58,528 nucleotides of DNA from Myxococcota bacterium. Lineage in GTDB: Bacteria; Myxococcota; JACRCW01. Within the stretch, counting starts at the first letter, position 1, and each line of letters starts with the position of its first letter. The position numbers and the translations under genes are program-made. Positions 35,044 to 44,509 of this stretch are shown piece after piece. The DNA lies in contig JBFMGU010000029.1 of assembly GCA_040752415.1 (NCBI GenBank), positions 1-58,528 of the forward strand. The letters are read 5' to 3'. The notes under the pieces are model-generated. The model saw only the letters and a list, made by a program, of their open reading frames with translations. It did not search any database and had not been told where the DNA came from.

Positions 35044-36141
35044 GTGAGCTGGGCGTGGAAGCTGGGGGAGGTCCGCGGCATTGGCATCCACGTCCACGGC
35101 ACGTTCCTGGTGTTGATGGCGTGGGTGGTGCTCAGTCACCTGCTGGAGGGGCACACCTGGCGCGTTGCGCTGGATGGGCTGGTCTTCACGCTGACGGTGT
35201 TCGGCATCGTGGTGCTGCATGAGCTGGGGCACGCGCTGACGGCGCAGCGTTACGGCATCCGCACGCGCAGCATCACGCTGTTGCCCATGGGTGGCGTGGC
35301 CCAGCTGGAGCGCATCCCCGACAAGCCGCGACAGGAGCTGGTGGTGGCGCTGGCCGGCCCGGCGGTGAACGTGGCGCTCGCGGCGGTCCTGGCGGCCATC
35401 CTCGTCGTGATGGGTGAGCCGCTGGTGCCCGGGAAGGTCGAGGTGGTGGGCGGCTCGCTGCTGGTGAAGCTGATGTGGACCAACGTCTCGCTGGCCGTGT
35501 TCAACCTGTTGCCCGCGTTCCCCATGGATGGCGGTCGCGTGTTGCGTGCGTTGTTGGCGCTGCGCCTGGGACTCTCCGACGCCACGCGGGTGGCCGCGCG
35601 CCTGGGACAGGGCATGGCGCTCATCTTTGGCGTGCTGGGGCTGCTCTCCAATCCCATGCTGGTGTTCATCGCGTTCTTCGTCTGGGTGGGAGCGCAGCAG
35701 GAGGCGTCCAGCGTGGAGTTGCGCACCGCGCTCGCGGACATCCCCGTGCGGCGCGCCATGATCACCGACTTCCGCACCGTGGCGGCGGAGGCACCGCTGT
35801 CCTGGGCGGGCGCACTGTTGCTGGCCGGCTTCCAGCAGGATTTTCCCGTCGTCAGTCAGGACCGGCTGGTGGGCATCCTCACGCGCACGCGGCTGATGGA
35901 GGCGCTGGCGGAACGGGGGGAGGCTGTCACGGTGGAAAGCGTGATGCGCCGTGACTTCATCACCGCCTCGCCCGGGGAGCTGGTGGATGACGTCGTGTAC
36001 CGCATGCAGCGTCACGGGTGTCGGACCGTCCCCGTGCTGCATGGTGGCGCGCTGGTGGGACTGCTGACGCCGGAGAACATTGGTGAGCTGGTGATGATGG
36101 AGATGGCGCGCCAGGACGTGGGACGCCGCGCCACGACGTGA
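35044..36141 (+). CDS. Site-2 protease (M50) with two CBS domains
   Basis: HELGH and FNLLPAFPMDGGR; CBS pair. GTG start at 35044 preferred (track starts at 34945). Confidence 0.92.
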   Translation: MSWAWKLGEVRGIGIHVHGTFLVLMAWVVLSHLLEGHTWRVALDGLVFTLTVFGIVVLHELGHALTAQRYGIRTRSITLLPMGGVAQLERIPDKPRQELVVALAGPAVNVALAAVLAAILVVMGEPLVPGKVEVVGGSLLVKLMWTNVSLAVFNLLPAFPMDGGRVLRALLALRLGLSDATRVAARLGQGMALIFGVLGLLSNPMLVFIAFFVWVGAQQEASSVELRTALADIPVRRAMITDFRTVAAEAPLSWAGALLLAGFQQDFPVVSQDRLVGILTRTRLMEALAERGEAVTVESVMRRDFITASPGELVDDVVYRMQRHGCRTVPVLHGGALVGLLTPENIGELVMMEMARQDVGRRATT

Positions 36142-36160
36142 AACGCGTCCCGGTGCCCCG

Positions 36161-36502
36161 TCAGCTCTTGAGCACCCAGGAGATCAGGAAGCTCCCCACC
36201 GAGACCGCGATCCATCCGATGAGCGCGGCGGTGAACGTCTGGATCTCGAATCCCGGGACCACGTAGGCGGTGAGCGCCATCACCGCGGCGTCGATCACCA
36301 ACGTGAACAGGCCCAGGGTCAGGCAGCCCACCGGCAGGCTGATGAGGATGAGCAGCGGTCGCACCACGGCGTTGACGACGCCAAAGGCCACCGCGGCCAG
36401 GATGCCCGCCGTGAGGTCCTTCACCACGAACCCCGGCAGGTAGTGGCTGATGGCCATGAAGAGGGCGCCGTTGGCGAGGAGTCGCAGGATGAACTTGATC
36501 AT
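36161..36502 (-). CDS. 4-TM phage-holin-like membrane protein (YvlD/DUF360 family)
   Basis: GVVNAVVRPLL...LPV..LTLGLFTLVI signature; a chromosomal family with no phage context here. Confidence 0.88.
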   Translation of the reverse strand: MIKFILRLLANGALFMAISHYLPGFVVKDLTAGILAAVAFGVVNAVVRPLLILISLPVGCLTLGLFTLVIDAAVMALTAYVVPGFEIQTFTAALIGWIAVSVGSFLISWVLKS

Positions 36503-36526
36503 TGTTCGCGCAGGATAGCCGAGGGC

Positions 36527-37711
36527 TCAGAGCCCGCACCAGCGCAAGAGCAGCCATGCCAGCGCCACCAACCCCGCCGACGTCACCACGACGAGCTCCC
36601 GGCTCCGACGAGACTCCACCACCGGCGCCGCATCCCGGAAGGTCACCGGCGCGCCGGAGCGCGTGGAGAGCGCGTGACCGGTGAAGGGAGAGGCGCGGAG
36701 CGACGTCGTCGGTGCGTCGGGCGGAGGCTCCAGCGTGGGCAGGTGATGCTGGCTCAAGCCGGGAGCGGCCTCCGCCATGCGCTGCAGCCGGGAGAGCTGC
36801 GCGTCCTCCTCCTGGGGCAGCAGCTCTTGCAGCTCGCGGCGCACCAGGTTCTCGTCGGTGCCGGGCCAGGTCTGCTGCAGGTGCGCATGCAGCGCGCGCT
36901 CCAGCTCGACGGCGGAGGGGAAGCGCACCGCGGGATCCACGTCGAGCGCGCGCTCGATGTCGTTGGCCAGCACCAGCGGCAGGTTGGGGCAGACCTCGTC
37001 CAGCGTGGGCCGGGACTTCTTGCCCACCGCCGTCGCGAGCAGGTCCAACGACGAGGGCGCCTTGGGCACCATGCGTCGTCCCGCGAGCGCCTCGAAGGCC
37101 AGGCGTGCCGCCGCGTGCACGTCGCTGGCCATGGTGGGCGGAAGGTCCCGGTCCCGTTCCGCGGTGGGGAAGGTCTCCTCCTCGTCCGGCGGGCGGGTTG
37201 GCTGCAGCGCGCGCGTCCCGTGGCCCAGCACGTCGGATTCGCCGGTGAGGCGCACGCGGACCTGCTCCGCGTCCAGCGCACCGTGCACCACGCCGCGACG
37301 CTCTCCGTCGGGGCCCGCCATGAGGTGCGCGGAGGCCAGGCCGCGCAGGACGTCCCGCACCACGTGCAGCGCCGCCGCGGGATGCAACGGACGACGCTGG
37401 ACCTCGGAGGCCGTGAACACTTCCGCCAGCGCCACGCCGGCATGGTGGTCGCGCACCAGGTAGAGCCAACCCTCCGCGCGCCCTGCGTCACGCCACATGC
37501 CAATCCGGCGGTGCATCAGCCGCAGCGCGAGCCCCAGCTCTCCGTCGAGAAGCTCCTGGTGCTGCTCCGCCTCCCGGGCCGGCGAGGGGAACAACAGGAC
37601 GTCCACCGGCGCAAAGCTGCGCGAGCGCACGTCCTCGAAACCCAGGAACCACCGCGCGTGCCCCGACGGGGACAGCTCCTCGAACAGCACGTAACGACCG
37701 AGGCGCCACAT
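36527..37711 (-). CDS. Ser/Thr protein kinase-like protein (probable pseudokinase) with C-terminal TM helix
   Basis: LGRYVL.EEL, LYLV, RGLASAH..VVHGALD..QV, SDVHAA, RALDVDPAVRFPSA; HRD, DFG and VAIK motifs altered. Confidence 0.75.
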   Translation of the reverse strand: MWRLGRYVLFEELSPSGHARWFLGFEDVRSRSFAPVDVLLFPSPAREAEQHQELLDGELGLALRLMHRRIGMWRDAGRAEGWLYLVRDHHAGVALAEVFTASEVQRRPLHPAAALHVVRDVLRGLASAHLMAGPDGERRGVVHGALDAEQVRVRLTGESDVLGHGTRALQPTRPPDEEETFPTAERDRDLPPTMASDVHAAARLAFEALAGRRMVPKAPSSLDLLATAVGKKSRPTLDEVCPNLPLVLANDIERALDVDPAVRFPSAVELERALHAHLQQTWPGTDENLVRRELQELLPQEEDAQLSRLQRMAEAAPGLSQHHLPTLEPPPDAPTTSLRASPFTGHALSTRSGAPVTFRDAAPVVESRRSRELVVVTSAGLVALAWLLLRWCGL

Positions 37712-37818
37712 CTCGCGAGCTCAGGGTGCGGTGCTGTCGTGGACTAGCGCGTTGGTCATGGAATTTCCCTCCGGCTCAGGCATCCCAAAACATGTTCGTC
37801 GTCGCCATGGAATGCGCT

Positions 37819-38412
37819 TCATCCCGGGAGACGCGCCAGCCGCACCGGCGCCCACGACATTGCGGTGAGGCCCACCACCGCCGCCACGGTCCACCCCGCA
37901 ATCCACTGCGGAGAATGGTTCTCCACGCGCAGCAGCCCCAGCGGCATCACCAACGCGTATCCCGTCGACGAGAGCACGAGCACCAGCGGCCGCATGCCGC
38001 GTACCGCGTTGACCGCCAGCGTCTGCCCCACGCCCAGCGCCAGCACGGTGGAGAGCATCAGTGGCGTGTTCCACTCGCGCGGACCGAACATGATCAGCGT
38101 CAGGACGAGCATGGTGAAGGACAGCGCGCCGGCGGCGTGACCGCGCATCCAGTGACGGAAGGGCAGCGCGGAGCCGTTCATGCGCAGTGCCACCCATTGC
38201 CCCACCGCGGCGGTCACCACGGCGCTGGCCACGGCGAGGGAGAAGATGGCGGGCACACAGCGCGTGGTGGGCGGGCCGGCCACTTCCACGACGTCACGGC
38301 AGATGGGACCCACCAGCGTCACGCCCACGCTCCATCCCACGAGGAAGCCGGGGACCCATCCCAGCGTCGAGCCGAGCACCCACAGGAGCACGAAGGAGGC
38401 GTCCCAGATCAT
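37819..38412 (-). CDS. Hypothetical multi-pass membrane protein
   Basis: From ATG 38412 (MIWDASFVLLW), about 6 hydrophobic segments including VGQWVALR. Confidence 0.6.
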   Translation of the reverse strand: MIWDASFVLLWVLGSTLGWVPGFLVGWSVGVTLVGPICRDVVEVAGPPTTRCVPAIFSLAVASAVVTAAVGQWVALRMNGSALPFRHWMRGHAAGALSFTMLVLTLIMFGPREWNTPLMLSTVLALGVGQTLAVNAVRGMRPLVLVLSSTGYALVMPLGLLRVENHSPQWIAGWTVAAVVGLTAMSWAPVRLARLPG

Positions 38413-38517
38413 TCCCCGGAGCGTAACGGTGGCGCCGGGTGATGTCACGACCTCGGCCCGTTCCACGTCGTCACGCGGGAGGTGGTGTGCCCCGGGCAGC
38501 TCTGCCAGGATGGGCCC

Positions 38518-38892
38518 ATGTGGTTCACCGTGCTCAACGTGGTGATGCTGCCGCTCTTCGTGGTGTCGGTGGTGGTGCAGCACAACGACCCGGACCCGCT
38601 GGGCTGGATGGCCATCTACGGCGCGGCGGCGACGTGTTGCGTCGTGGCGCTCCTGGGCAGATTGCCCTGGGTGGTGCCCGCTCTCGTCGGGGCGGTGGCG
38701 CTGGTGTGGGCCGCGATCCTGGCGCCGGGCGTGTTGGGGCAGACCTCCCTGGGCGAGATGACCGCGGGTTGGCACATGACCAACATGACCCAGGCCACCG
38801 AGGAGGGACGGGAGATGGGCGGCCTGCTCATCGAGGCCACGTGGATGATCATCCAGGCTGCGGTGCTGCGCCGTCGACAACGGGCCCGCTGA
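38518..38892 (+). CDS. TMEM220-like membrane protein
   Basis: VQHNDPDPLGWMAIYG...EEGREMGGLLI signature. Confidence 0.82.
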   Translation: MWFTVLNVVMLPLFVVSVVVQHNDPDPLGWMAIYGAAATCCVVALLGRLPWVVPALVGAVALVWAAILAPGVLGQTSLGEMTAGWHMTNMTQATEEGREMGGLLIEATWMIIQAAVLRRRQRAR

Positions 38893-38907
38893 CACCGCGC
38901 TCCCGGG

Positions 38908-39798
38908 TCACGCGCACACCTGGTTCCGGCCCAGGCTCTTGGCGCGGTAGAGCAGGTCGTCGGCGCGTTGCAGCACGCGGGCCGGCGTTTCTCCCTGCAA
39001 CGCCACCGCCACGCCCACGGAGACGGTGACCTTCCCGCGCGGCATCCCGCCCAAGGCGTTGCCGGAAACGCCGGCGCGCATGCGCTCCGCAACGTCGGAG
39101 GCGGCGGGGAGGTCCAGGCCCGGGAGCAACACCGCAAACTCCTCACCGCCCAGCCGTCCGACGAGATGGTGCGGCGGCACGCAGTCCTGCAGCACACCCG
39201 CAACGCCCGCCAGCACGGCGTCACCCACGGCGTGACCACATGAGTCGTTGATGGACTTGAAGTGGTCGATGTCCAGCATGAGGACGCCGTAGGCGTTGCC
39301 GCTCTGCTCATCCAGGCGGGTGAGGAAGCGTCGCCGGTTGACCAAGCCGGTGAGCGCGTCGGTGTAGGCCATGCGCGTCACCTCGCGGTGCAGGCGCGCC
39401 AGCTCCACGTTGGTCTCCACGCGTGCCGCCAGCTCCTCGGGCTCCACCGGCTTGGACAGGAAGTCGGAGGCGCCGGCGCGCAGTCCCCGCACGCGGTCCT
39501 CCTTGGAGTCCGCCGCCGTGACCAGCAGGATGGGAAGCTCCAGCCGACCCAGGTGCTCGCGCACCGCCTTCACGAAGGCCACGCCGTCCATGCCCGGCAT
39601 GTTGACGTCGCACACCACGCAGTCCAGCTCGCCCGTCAGCGCGTGGGGCAGCGCTTCCTCGCCGCTGCTGGCGGTCAGCACCTCGGCGTCCAGGGCCTGC
39701 TGCACCTGTTCGCGCAGGAGCGCACGCATGAACGCGCTGTCATCCACCAGCAGGATGCGCGGACGGTTTCTGCGCGGTGCCATGACGCGGTCTTCCAT
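38908..39798 (-). CDS. Response-regulator diguanylate cyclase (REC-GGDEF)
   Basis: LLVDDS, CDVNMPGMDG, TDALTGL.NRR, DIDHFK.IND..GH..GD and GRLGGEEF. Confidence 0.95.
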   Translation of the reverse strand: MEDRVMAPRRNRPRILLVDDSAFMRALLREQVQQALDAEVLTASSGEEALPHALTGELDCVVCDVNMPGMDGVAFVKAVREHLGRLELPILLVTAADSKEDRVRGLRAGASDFLSKPVEPEELAARVETNVELARLHREVTRMAYTDALTGLVNRRRFLTRLDEQSGNAYGVLMLDIDHFKSINDSCGHAVGDAVLAGVAGVLQDCVPPHHLVGRLGGEEFAVLLPGLDLPAASDVAERMRAGVSGNALGGMPRGKVTVSVGVAVALQGETPARVLQRADDLLYRAKSLGRNQVCA

Positions 39799-39877
39799 CC
39801 CGCCCCCCTCCGCGGAGCGGGCGAGAGATAGCCACGTTTGTCGGCGGTGTCACGGGCCCGGCCCGTCGGAGAGTCCG

Positions 39878-42055
39878 CTATTGCAGGCAGGTGGGCAGGT
39901 CGGTGACCTCGGGCTCCACGCCGGTGACAATGGCCATGCGGGCCTGCAGCTCCTGCCGTGTCCAGAAACACTGCACATGGGCCTGGCGCAGGTAGCCGAA
40001 CTCGTAGACGGTGGGGTTGTCATAGGCGCCCACCAGCGTCTCCAGGTCAAATCGGTAGTGCGCTTCCCGACGTGCAATGACCTCCGCACCCCGCGCACGG
40101 AACGCTTCCGCTTCGCCCAGCAGTGCCTCCCACCTGTCGCCCAGCGCCGCGGCGTCCAGGACCGCGCGGTTCAACGCCACGCTGTGCCTCAGCTTGAGCT
40201 CGACGATCTCCATCCCGTCCAGCAGCTCCGCGCACCACGGGCGCAGCGTCTCATCCGCGCCGGCGCACAGCGGCCGCATCCGCGGCAGGATCTCCGCGGC
40301 AATGCGGTCGGCCAGCTCCTGCACGGGCTTCACCACGTCGTCCTCGAACTGCGCGCGCCCCGCGTCATCCCGCGCCAGCAGCTCGTGGAACTGGACACGA
40401 CGTGGATGGGTGAGGATGCCGGAGAGCGCGCCAAAGTCGTCGTGCGCGTCCTCGCCGCTGATGTACGGGATGAGGCGGCGGTCAAACAGGTACTGCTCCT
40501 GCAACGTCATGAACGCGCGCAGGGTGCTTGCCACGTCGGAGGCGCAGGAGCCGTAGGCGGACGCGTAGTGGCCGAGCAGGTCCTCCAGCGGCCGGGACGG
40601 TTCCCACAGGGCGCGCGCGGAGAGGTAGTCCGCCATCCAGTAGCCCCACTCGTGTCCCGAGGAGAACATGACGTGTCCGTCGAGCGGCGGGAGGCCGCGC
40701 TCCCGGATGTCCGCGTCCAGGTTGTGGATGTCCAGCCAGCGCGCGTGGATGAACTCGGGGAGGAACGCGGGCACGTCGACGTCGGCGGTGACCCAGTATG
40801 CGCTCTCCGGGAAGTAGCGCACCTTGCGCTCCGGCAGCTCGGCCAGGATGAAGTCACGCTGCAGGTGGAAGTTCTCGTGCTCGTACATGGCCCATTCACG
40901 GTAGAGGTCGAACCAGAACACCGTGTGCACGCTGTTGATGAGGCGCGGGTCGGCGTAGCCGGGCAGGTGGTAGAAGAAGGTGCGTTGTCCTCGGAAATCC
41001 ATGTACAGGTTCTCGTAGTTGCCCACGTGGTTGACCACGGAGACCTGCGCACCGGGACGCAGCTGCGCCACGTGCGCCACGGCAAAGTCCAGCCACGTCA
41101 GCAGCTCCTCCGGCTGGAAACCCAGGAACTCGCCCAGGCCCAGCTCCACCTGGTCCCAGGGCAGCTGGAAGAGCCACGCCAGGCGCTCGCTCATCTGCTC
41201 CTGCCACAGGTTGTCGTCGGTCACGAGGTCATACGCGTTCTGCAGCGAGGAGCCCGCCCACAACGTGGCGCACGAGCCCACGGTGAGCCCGCGCAGGTGC
41301 GCGTAGTCCAGGATCTGCGCGGCGTGCGGCAACCACGTGGGCAGGTCCATGCTCACGAGGATCCACCACTGCAGGTGGTTCTGCCCCGTCTTCACCAGCC
41401 AGTCGACGAAGCGCTTGGCGTCGGCCAGGTTCTTCTCACCCGCCTCGTTGAACGGCTTGAAGTACTCGGTGGGATGCAGCAGGTGCAGGTGGATGCCGCG
41501 CACCGCCATGGCTGGCGTCATGGTGACGTCGAGCGTGGTGGGGAGGTACGCGCCGTCGCGCGCGGGGATGAGCTCCTGCATGGGATGGAAGAAGCGCGCA
41601 CCCAGGCGCTCCAGCAGCGCGTAGGTGGCAAAGGCCAGGTTCTTCTCGTCGGGCGCGTAGGCCACCAGGCGCGTGACCCCGCCGTCATCCGTGCGCCGCA
41701 ACACGTAGCCGCCCTGCACGTCCCGGCCCGCGGCATCCCGCGTTTCCGTCGTGGTGCCGAGCCACAGCGCCGTCGGAGCGGAGGCTTCGGGCGCGCCGGT
41801 GCGGACCTCCAGGGTGGGCATGGACCAGAGGGTGCGGAGGTAGCCCTGCAGGTCCGCGCGCAGGATGTCCACGTGCGGTGACGACGGCGCATCCAGGTGC
41901 ACCACCGGCGTATCCACGCGCTGCAGCCCGTCGGGAACGTCGGTGGCGCGACATTCCCGCGCGGGTGGGGTCGCGGGTGGCGTGGTGGCGGGCGGCGGGC
42001 AGGCCGCGATGACGAGGACGAGCGGGAGGGTGGGCAGCGCTGGGCGACGTGGCAT
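39878..42055 (-). CDS. Hypothetical lipoprotein, possibly GH20/GH67-N-like domain plus TIM barrel
   Basis: Lipobox VIAAC; GGYVLR...AFATYALLERLGARFFHP...P.MAVRGIHLH resembles the N-terminal domain of GH20/67-type enzymes. TGATG coupling with the upstream gene. Confidence 0.6.
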   Translation of the reverse strand: MPRRPALPTLPLVLVIAACPPPATTPPATPPARECRATDVPDGLQRVDTPVVHLDAPSSPHVDILRADLQGYLRTLWSMPTLEVRTGAPEASAPTALWLGTTTETRDAAGRDVQGGYVLRRTDDGGVTRLVAYAPDEKNLAFATYALLERLGARFFHPMQELIPARDGAYLPTTLDVTMTPAMAVRGIHLHLLHPTEYFKPFNEAGEKNLADAKRFVDWLVKTGQNHLQWWILVSMDLPTWLPHAAQILDYAHLRGLTVGSCATLWAGSSLQNAYDLVTDDNLWQEQMSERLAWLFQLPWDQVELGLGEFLGFQPEELLTWLDFAVAHVAQLRPGAQVSVVNHVGNYENLYMDFRGQRTFFYHLPGYADPRLINSVHTVFWFDLYREWAMYEHENFHLQRDFILAELPERKVRYFPESAYWVTADVDVPAFLPEFIHARWLDIHNLDADIRERGLPPLDGHVMFSSGHEWGYWMADYLSARALWEPSRPLEDLLGHYASAYGSCASDVASTLRAFMTLQEQYLFDRRLIPYISGEDAHDDFGALSGILTHPRRVQFHELLARDDAGRAQFEDDVVKPVQELADRIAAEILPRMRPLCAGADETLRPWCAELLDGMEIVELKLRHSVALNRAVLDAAALGDRWEALLGEAEAFRARGAEVIARREAHYRFDLETLVGAYDNPTVYEFGYLRQAHVQCFWTRQELQARMAIVTGVEPEVTDLPTCLQ

Positions 42056-43482
42056 CACCCCCAGCTTGCCGGAGCCTGGGCCACGCGGTCCACACTGACC
42101 TGCTGGCGCTTGCGCGTGGCGAGGTCGATGGCGCTGCGCGTGATGAGGGGCAGTGGCGTGGTCTTGAGGATGACGCCATCCGCCCCGTTCTGCACCAGCA
42201 GCGTGGGCACCACCGGGTCCTCGTTGGCGGTGACGATGACGATGGGCAGCTCCGTCTCCCCACCCGCGCGCCGGACCCGGCGCAACAGCTCCAGCCCGTT
42301 CATCACCGGCATGTCCAGGTCCAGCACCACCATGTCCAGGCCCAGCAGCTCTTCGGTGAGGAGGTCCAGCGCGGCCTGTCCGTCGTCGGCGGTGACGGTC
42401 TCCACGCCGTCCTTCTTGAACTGCAGTTGCAGGATGCGTCGCCAGTCCGCGCTGTCATCCACCACCAGCACCCGGCGGGGACGACACTGGATGCGCGTCA
42501 GCTCCGCGGCCAGCAACCGCTCCGTCTCCGGGTCGCGTCGGAGCTGCACGCCCATGCCCTGGCCGTTGCTGAACACCACGGTGGCCACCGTCTTCACCAG
42601 CGCGCCGCTGGGCAGCTCGATCTCCAGCGGAATCTGCTCGTCCACCGCCGCGGGATGCCGCGACTGCACGAACGCGCCGCCGAAGGAGAGGTTGGAGACG
42701 TAGTCGGAGGAGTAGGTCTCCTCGTCGGAGTAGCGGATGCGTGCGGTGACGGCGTAGCGCGGGTGTTGGCGACCAGCGACGTGCTCCGGCTCGGTGGCGC
42801 CGTGACACGCCAGGGCCTCCAGCAGTTGTGGCGTGGGAGAGGCGAACACGCAGCCAAAGCCCGCGGGCTTGCCCTCCGACGCGTTGGCCTGCCTGCGCAC
42901 GTTGACGACCCTCACCGCCACGTCGTGGAACGTGTTTCCCAGCGGCAGCAGCACGTTGAAGGTGTCGCTGACCGGCGGAGCCACGGCGCTCTCGACGAAC
43001 AGGCCTTCCGGGCGGAGGTTGCTGACGGTGAGGACGCCCGGTGCGCGCTTGAGGCCGAGGCTGATGCGCGGGCCACGCAGGATGTCGGCGCGGGCGGCGT
43101 CGGGGAGCGCGGCCAGGCGTCCCAGCTTCTCCACGACGGAGGCGAGCTCCTTGAGCGGCACCTCCATGGCCCGCCAGTCCACCTCCTTGAGCTTGTTGGC
43201 CAGGGCCATGCGCTCGGAAGGACTCAACGTCTGCAGGTCCGCGGGCCAACCACCCGCGCGGTCCGCCCAGAAGGACAGGCGTGCGCGACACTGCGGCTCG
43301 GTCAGGTCCGCGTCCCCCTTGACGGTGACCGCCACGAAGGCGTTCCGGCGCCCCAGGAAGACGTCACACTTCTGCACCGCGCTGCCGAACAGGCCGGGCA
43401 CCAGCATGATGAACCAGCAGGCGCGGCCCACCTCGTCGTGGGAGCGGGTGTCCATCACGATGCTGTAGGCATGCATGGCCAA
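42055..43482 (-). CDS. Tandem PilZ (TIGR02266-like) plus C-terminal receiver domain
   Basis: SNLRPEGLFV and RQHPR...SNLSFGGAFV PilZ motifs; VLVVDDS...LDLDMPVMNG. Confidence 0.88.
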   Translation of the reverse strand: MAMHAYSIVMDTRSHDEVGRACWFIMLVPGLFGSAVQKCDVFLGRRNAFVAVTVKGDADLTEPQCRARLSFWADRAGGWPADLQTLSPSERMALANKLKEVDWRAMEVPLKELASVVEKLGRLAALPDAARADILRGPRISLGLKRAPGVLTVSNLRPEGLFVESAVAPPVSDTFNVLLPLGNTFHDVAVRVVNVRRQANASEGKPAGFGCVFASPTPQLLEALACHGATEPEHVAGRQHPRYAVTARIRYSDEETYSSDYVSNLSFGGAFVQSRHPAAVDEQIPLEIELPSGALVKTVATVVFSNGQGMGVQLRRDPETERLLAAELTRIQCRPRRVLVVDDSADWRRILQLQFKKDGVETVTADDGQAALDLLTEELLGLDMVVLDLDMPVMNGLELLRRVRRAGGETELPIVIVTANEDPVVPTLLVQNGADGVILKTTPLPLITRSAIDLATRKRQQVSVDRVAQAPASWG

Positions 43483-43515
43483 GATAGCGTCACCTTAGCA
43501 CGGACGATGCGGAGG

Positions 43516-43580
43516 GGCTCGTTGCGACACGGCCGCGGCAACGGGATGAAGTCCGCCAGTCCACGCCCTTTCCACTCGCC
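43516..43580 (+). repeat. Direct repeat copy A (decayed copy of the HAD gene 5' region at 47283-47349)
   Basis: About 56/67 aligned columns identical with copy B by manual alignment; the HAD ATG is ACG here. Confidence 0.8.
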
Positions 43581-43673
43581 CATGGAATTCGGTGTCCTGG
43601 GCGACGGAATGCACACCCCATGCGGAACCTTCATGGCCGTGATGATCACGGAACGGGCTCGATCTCGACGCGC

Positions 43674-43715
43674 TTGACACCCCGCTATTTGGTGTTAGTA
43701 TTGGTGACATCAAAT
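43674..43715 (+). promoter_or_regulatory. Sigma70-type promoter with overlapping palindromic operator for the TetR gene
   Basis: TTGACA (43674) and TGnTAGTAT (43693-43701); inverted repeat ATTTGGTGTTA-N7-TGACATCAAAT overlapping the -10 and ATG. Confidence 0.7.
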
Positions 43716-44316
43716 GAGTACGACACGGAAAAGACCGTACCGGATGGTGGCGCGCGCGGAAGCCGCGGAGCGAACGACGGAGAAGATCTTCTCGGCAGCG
43801 CTCGAGCTGTTCCGGGACCGGCCGTTCTCCGAGGTCACGGTCCAGGCCATCACGGACCGCGCCGGCGTGTCGTTGCAGACGGTGCTGCGCAAGTTCGGAT
43901 CGAAGGAAGGCCTCTTCGAGGCGGTGGGCCAGGAGATGCTGCGGACGGTGATGACGTCGCGCCGGCCGGCAACATCGGATGTTCGGGTCGCCGTCGAGAC
44001 TCTCGTCGCGAGCTACGAAACCATGGGGGATGTCGGCTGGCGCGGTCTCTGCGAGGAAGGGCAGTTTCCGTGGCTGAAGCAGCAGATGGACAAGGCGCGC
44101 GCCGCGCACCGCGAATGGGTCGAGCAGTCGTTCGCGCATCTGCTTCCCGCGCAGCCCAAGGCTGAGCGTGACCGCGTGATTCTCCTGCTCTTCGCGGCAA
44201 CCGACTTCTACCTGTGGAAGCTCTTTCGCCGGGACCTCGGCCTCGGCCGGCAAGCAACGACCGAGCGGATGATCGACCTGGTGAACAACGTCGTCAGGGG
44301 GCTGAGGGATGAATAG
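43714..44316 (+). CDS. TetR/AcrR family transcriptional regulator
   Basis: IFSAALELF...VTVQAITDRAGVSLQTVLRKFGSKEGLF HTH. Confidence 0.95.
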   Translation: MSTTRKRPYRMVARAEAAERTTEKIFSAALELFRDRPFSEVTVQAITDRAGVSLQTVLRKFGSKEGLFEAVGQEMLRTVMTSRRPATSDVRVAVETLVASYETMGDVGWRGLCEEGQFPWLKQQMDKARAAHREWVEQSFAHLLPAQPKAERDRVILLLFAATDFYLWKLFRRDLGLGRQATTERMIDLVNNVVRGLRDE

Positions 44317-44428
44317 GAGAACACTCCTGTTCGTGATGATCGGAGGCGGCGGCAACGAGCCGGCCCCGATCCCGATCGTCGTCGGTGTGAGGTCTGCACC
44401 GCACGCGGCAGTAATGGCGACGCAGTGA
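44309..44428 (+). pseudogene. Truncated N-terminus of a GT-B (GT1/MGT-like) glycosyltransferase
   Basis: MNRRTLLFVMIGGGGNEPAP... overlaps the TetR stop and ends after 39 aa; resembles the LFV..(D/G)GGGN.PP start of GT1-type enzymes. Confidence 0.5.
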
Positions 44429-44509
44429 AGACAGCACTCCGTCCCCTCGAGGGCCGGGGCGACATGCATCCAACACTCGACCGGGGCCTGACCCCGGAAA
44501 GGTGAAACC

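Noticed and set aside
36161..36502. Prophage inferred from the holin-family gene
   Set aside because: This family is commonly chromosomal; there are no endolysin, structural or integrase genes.
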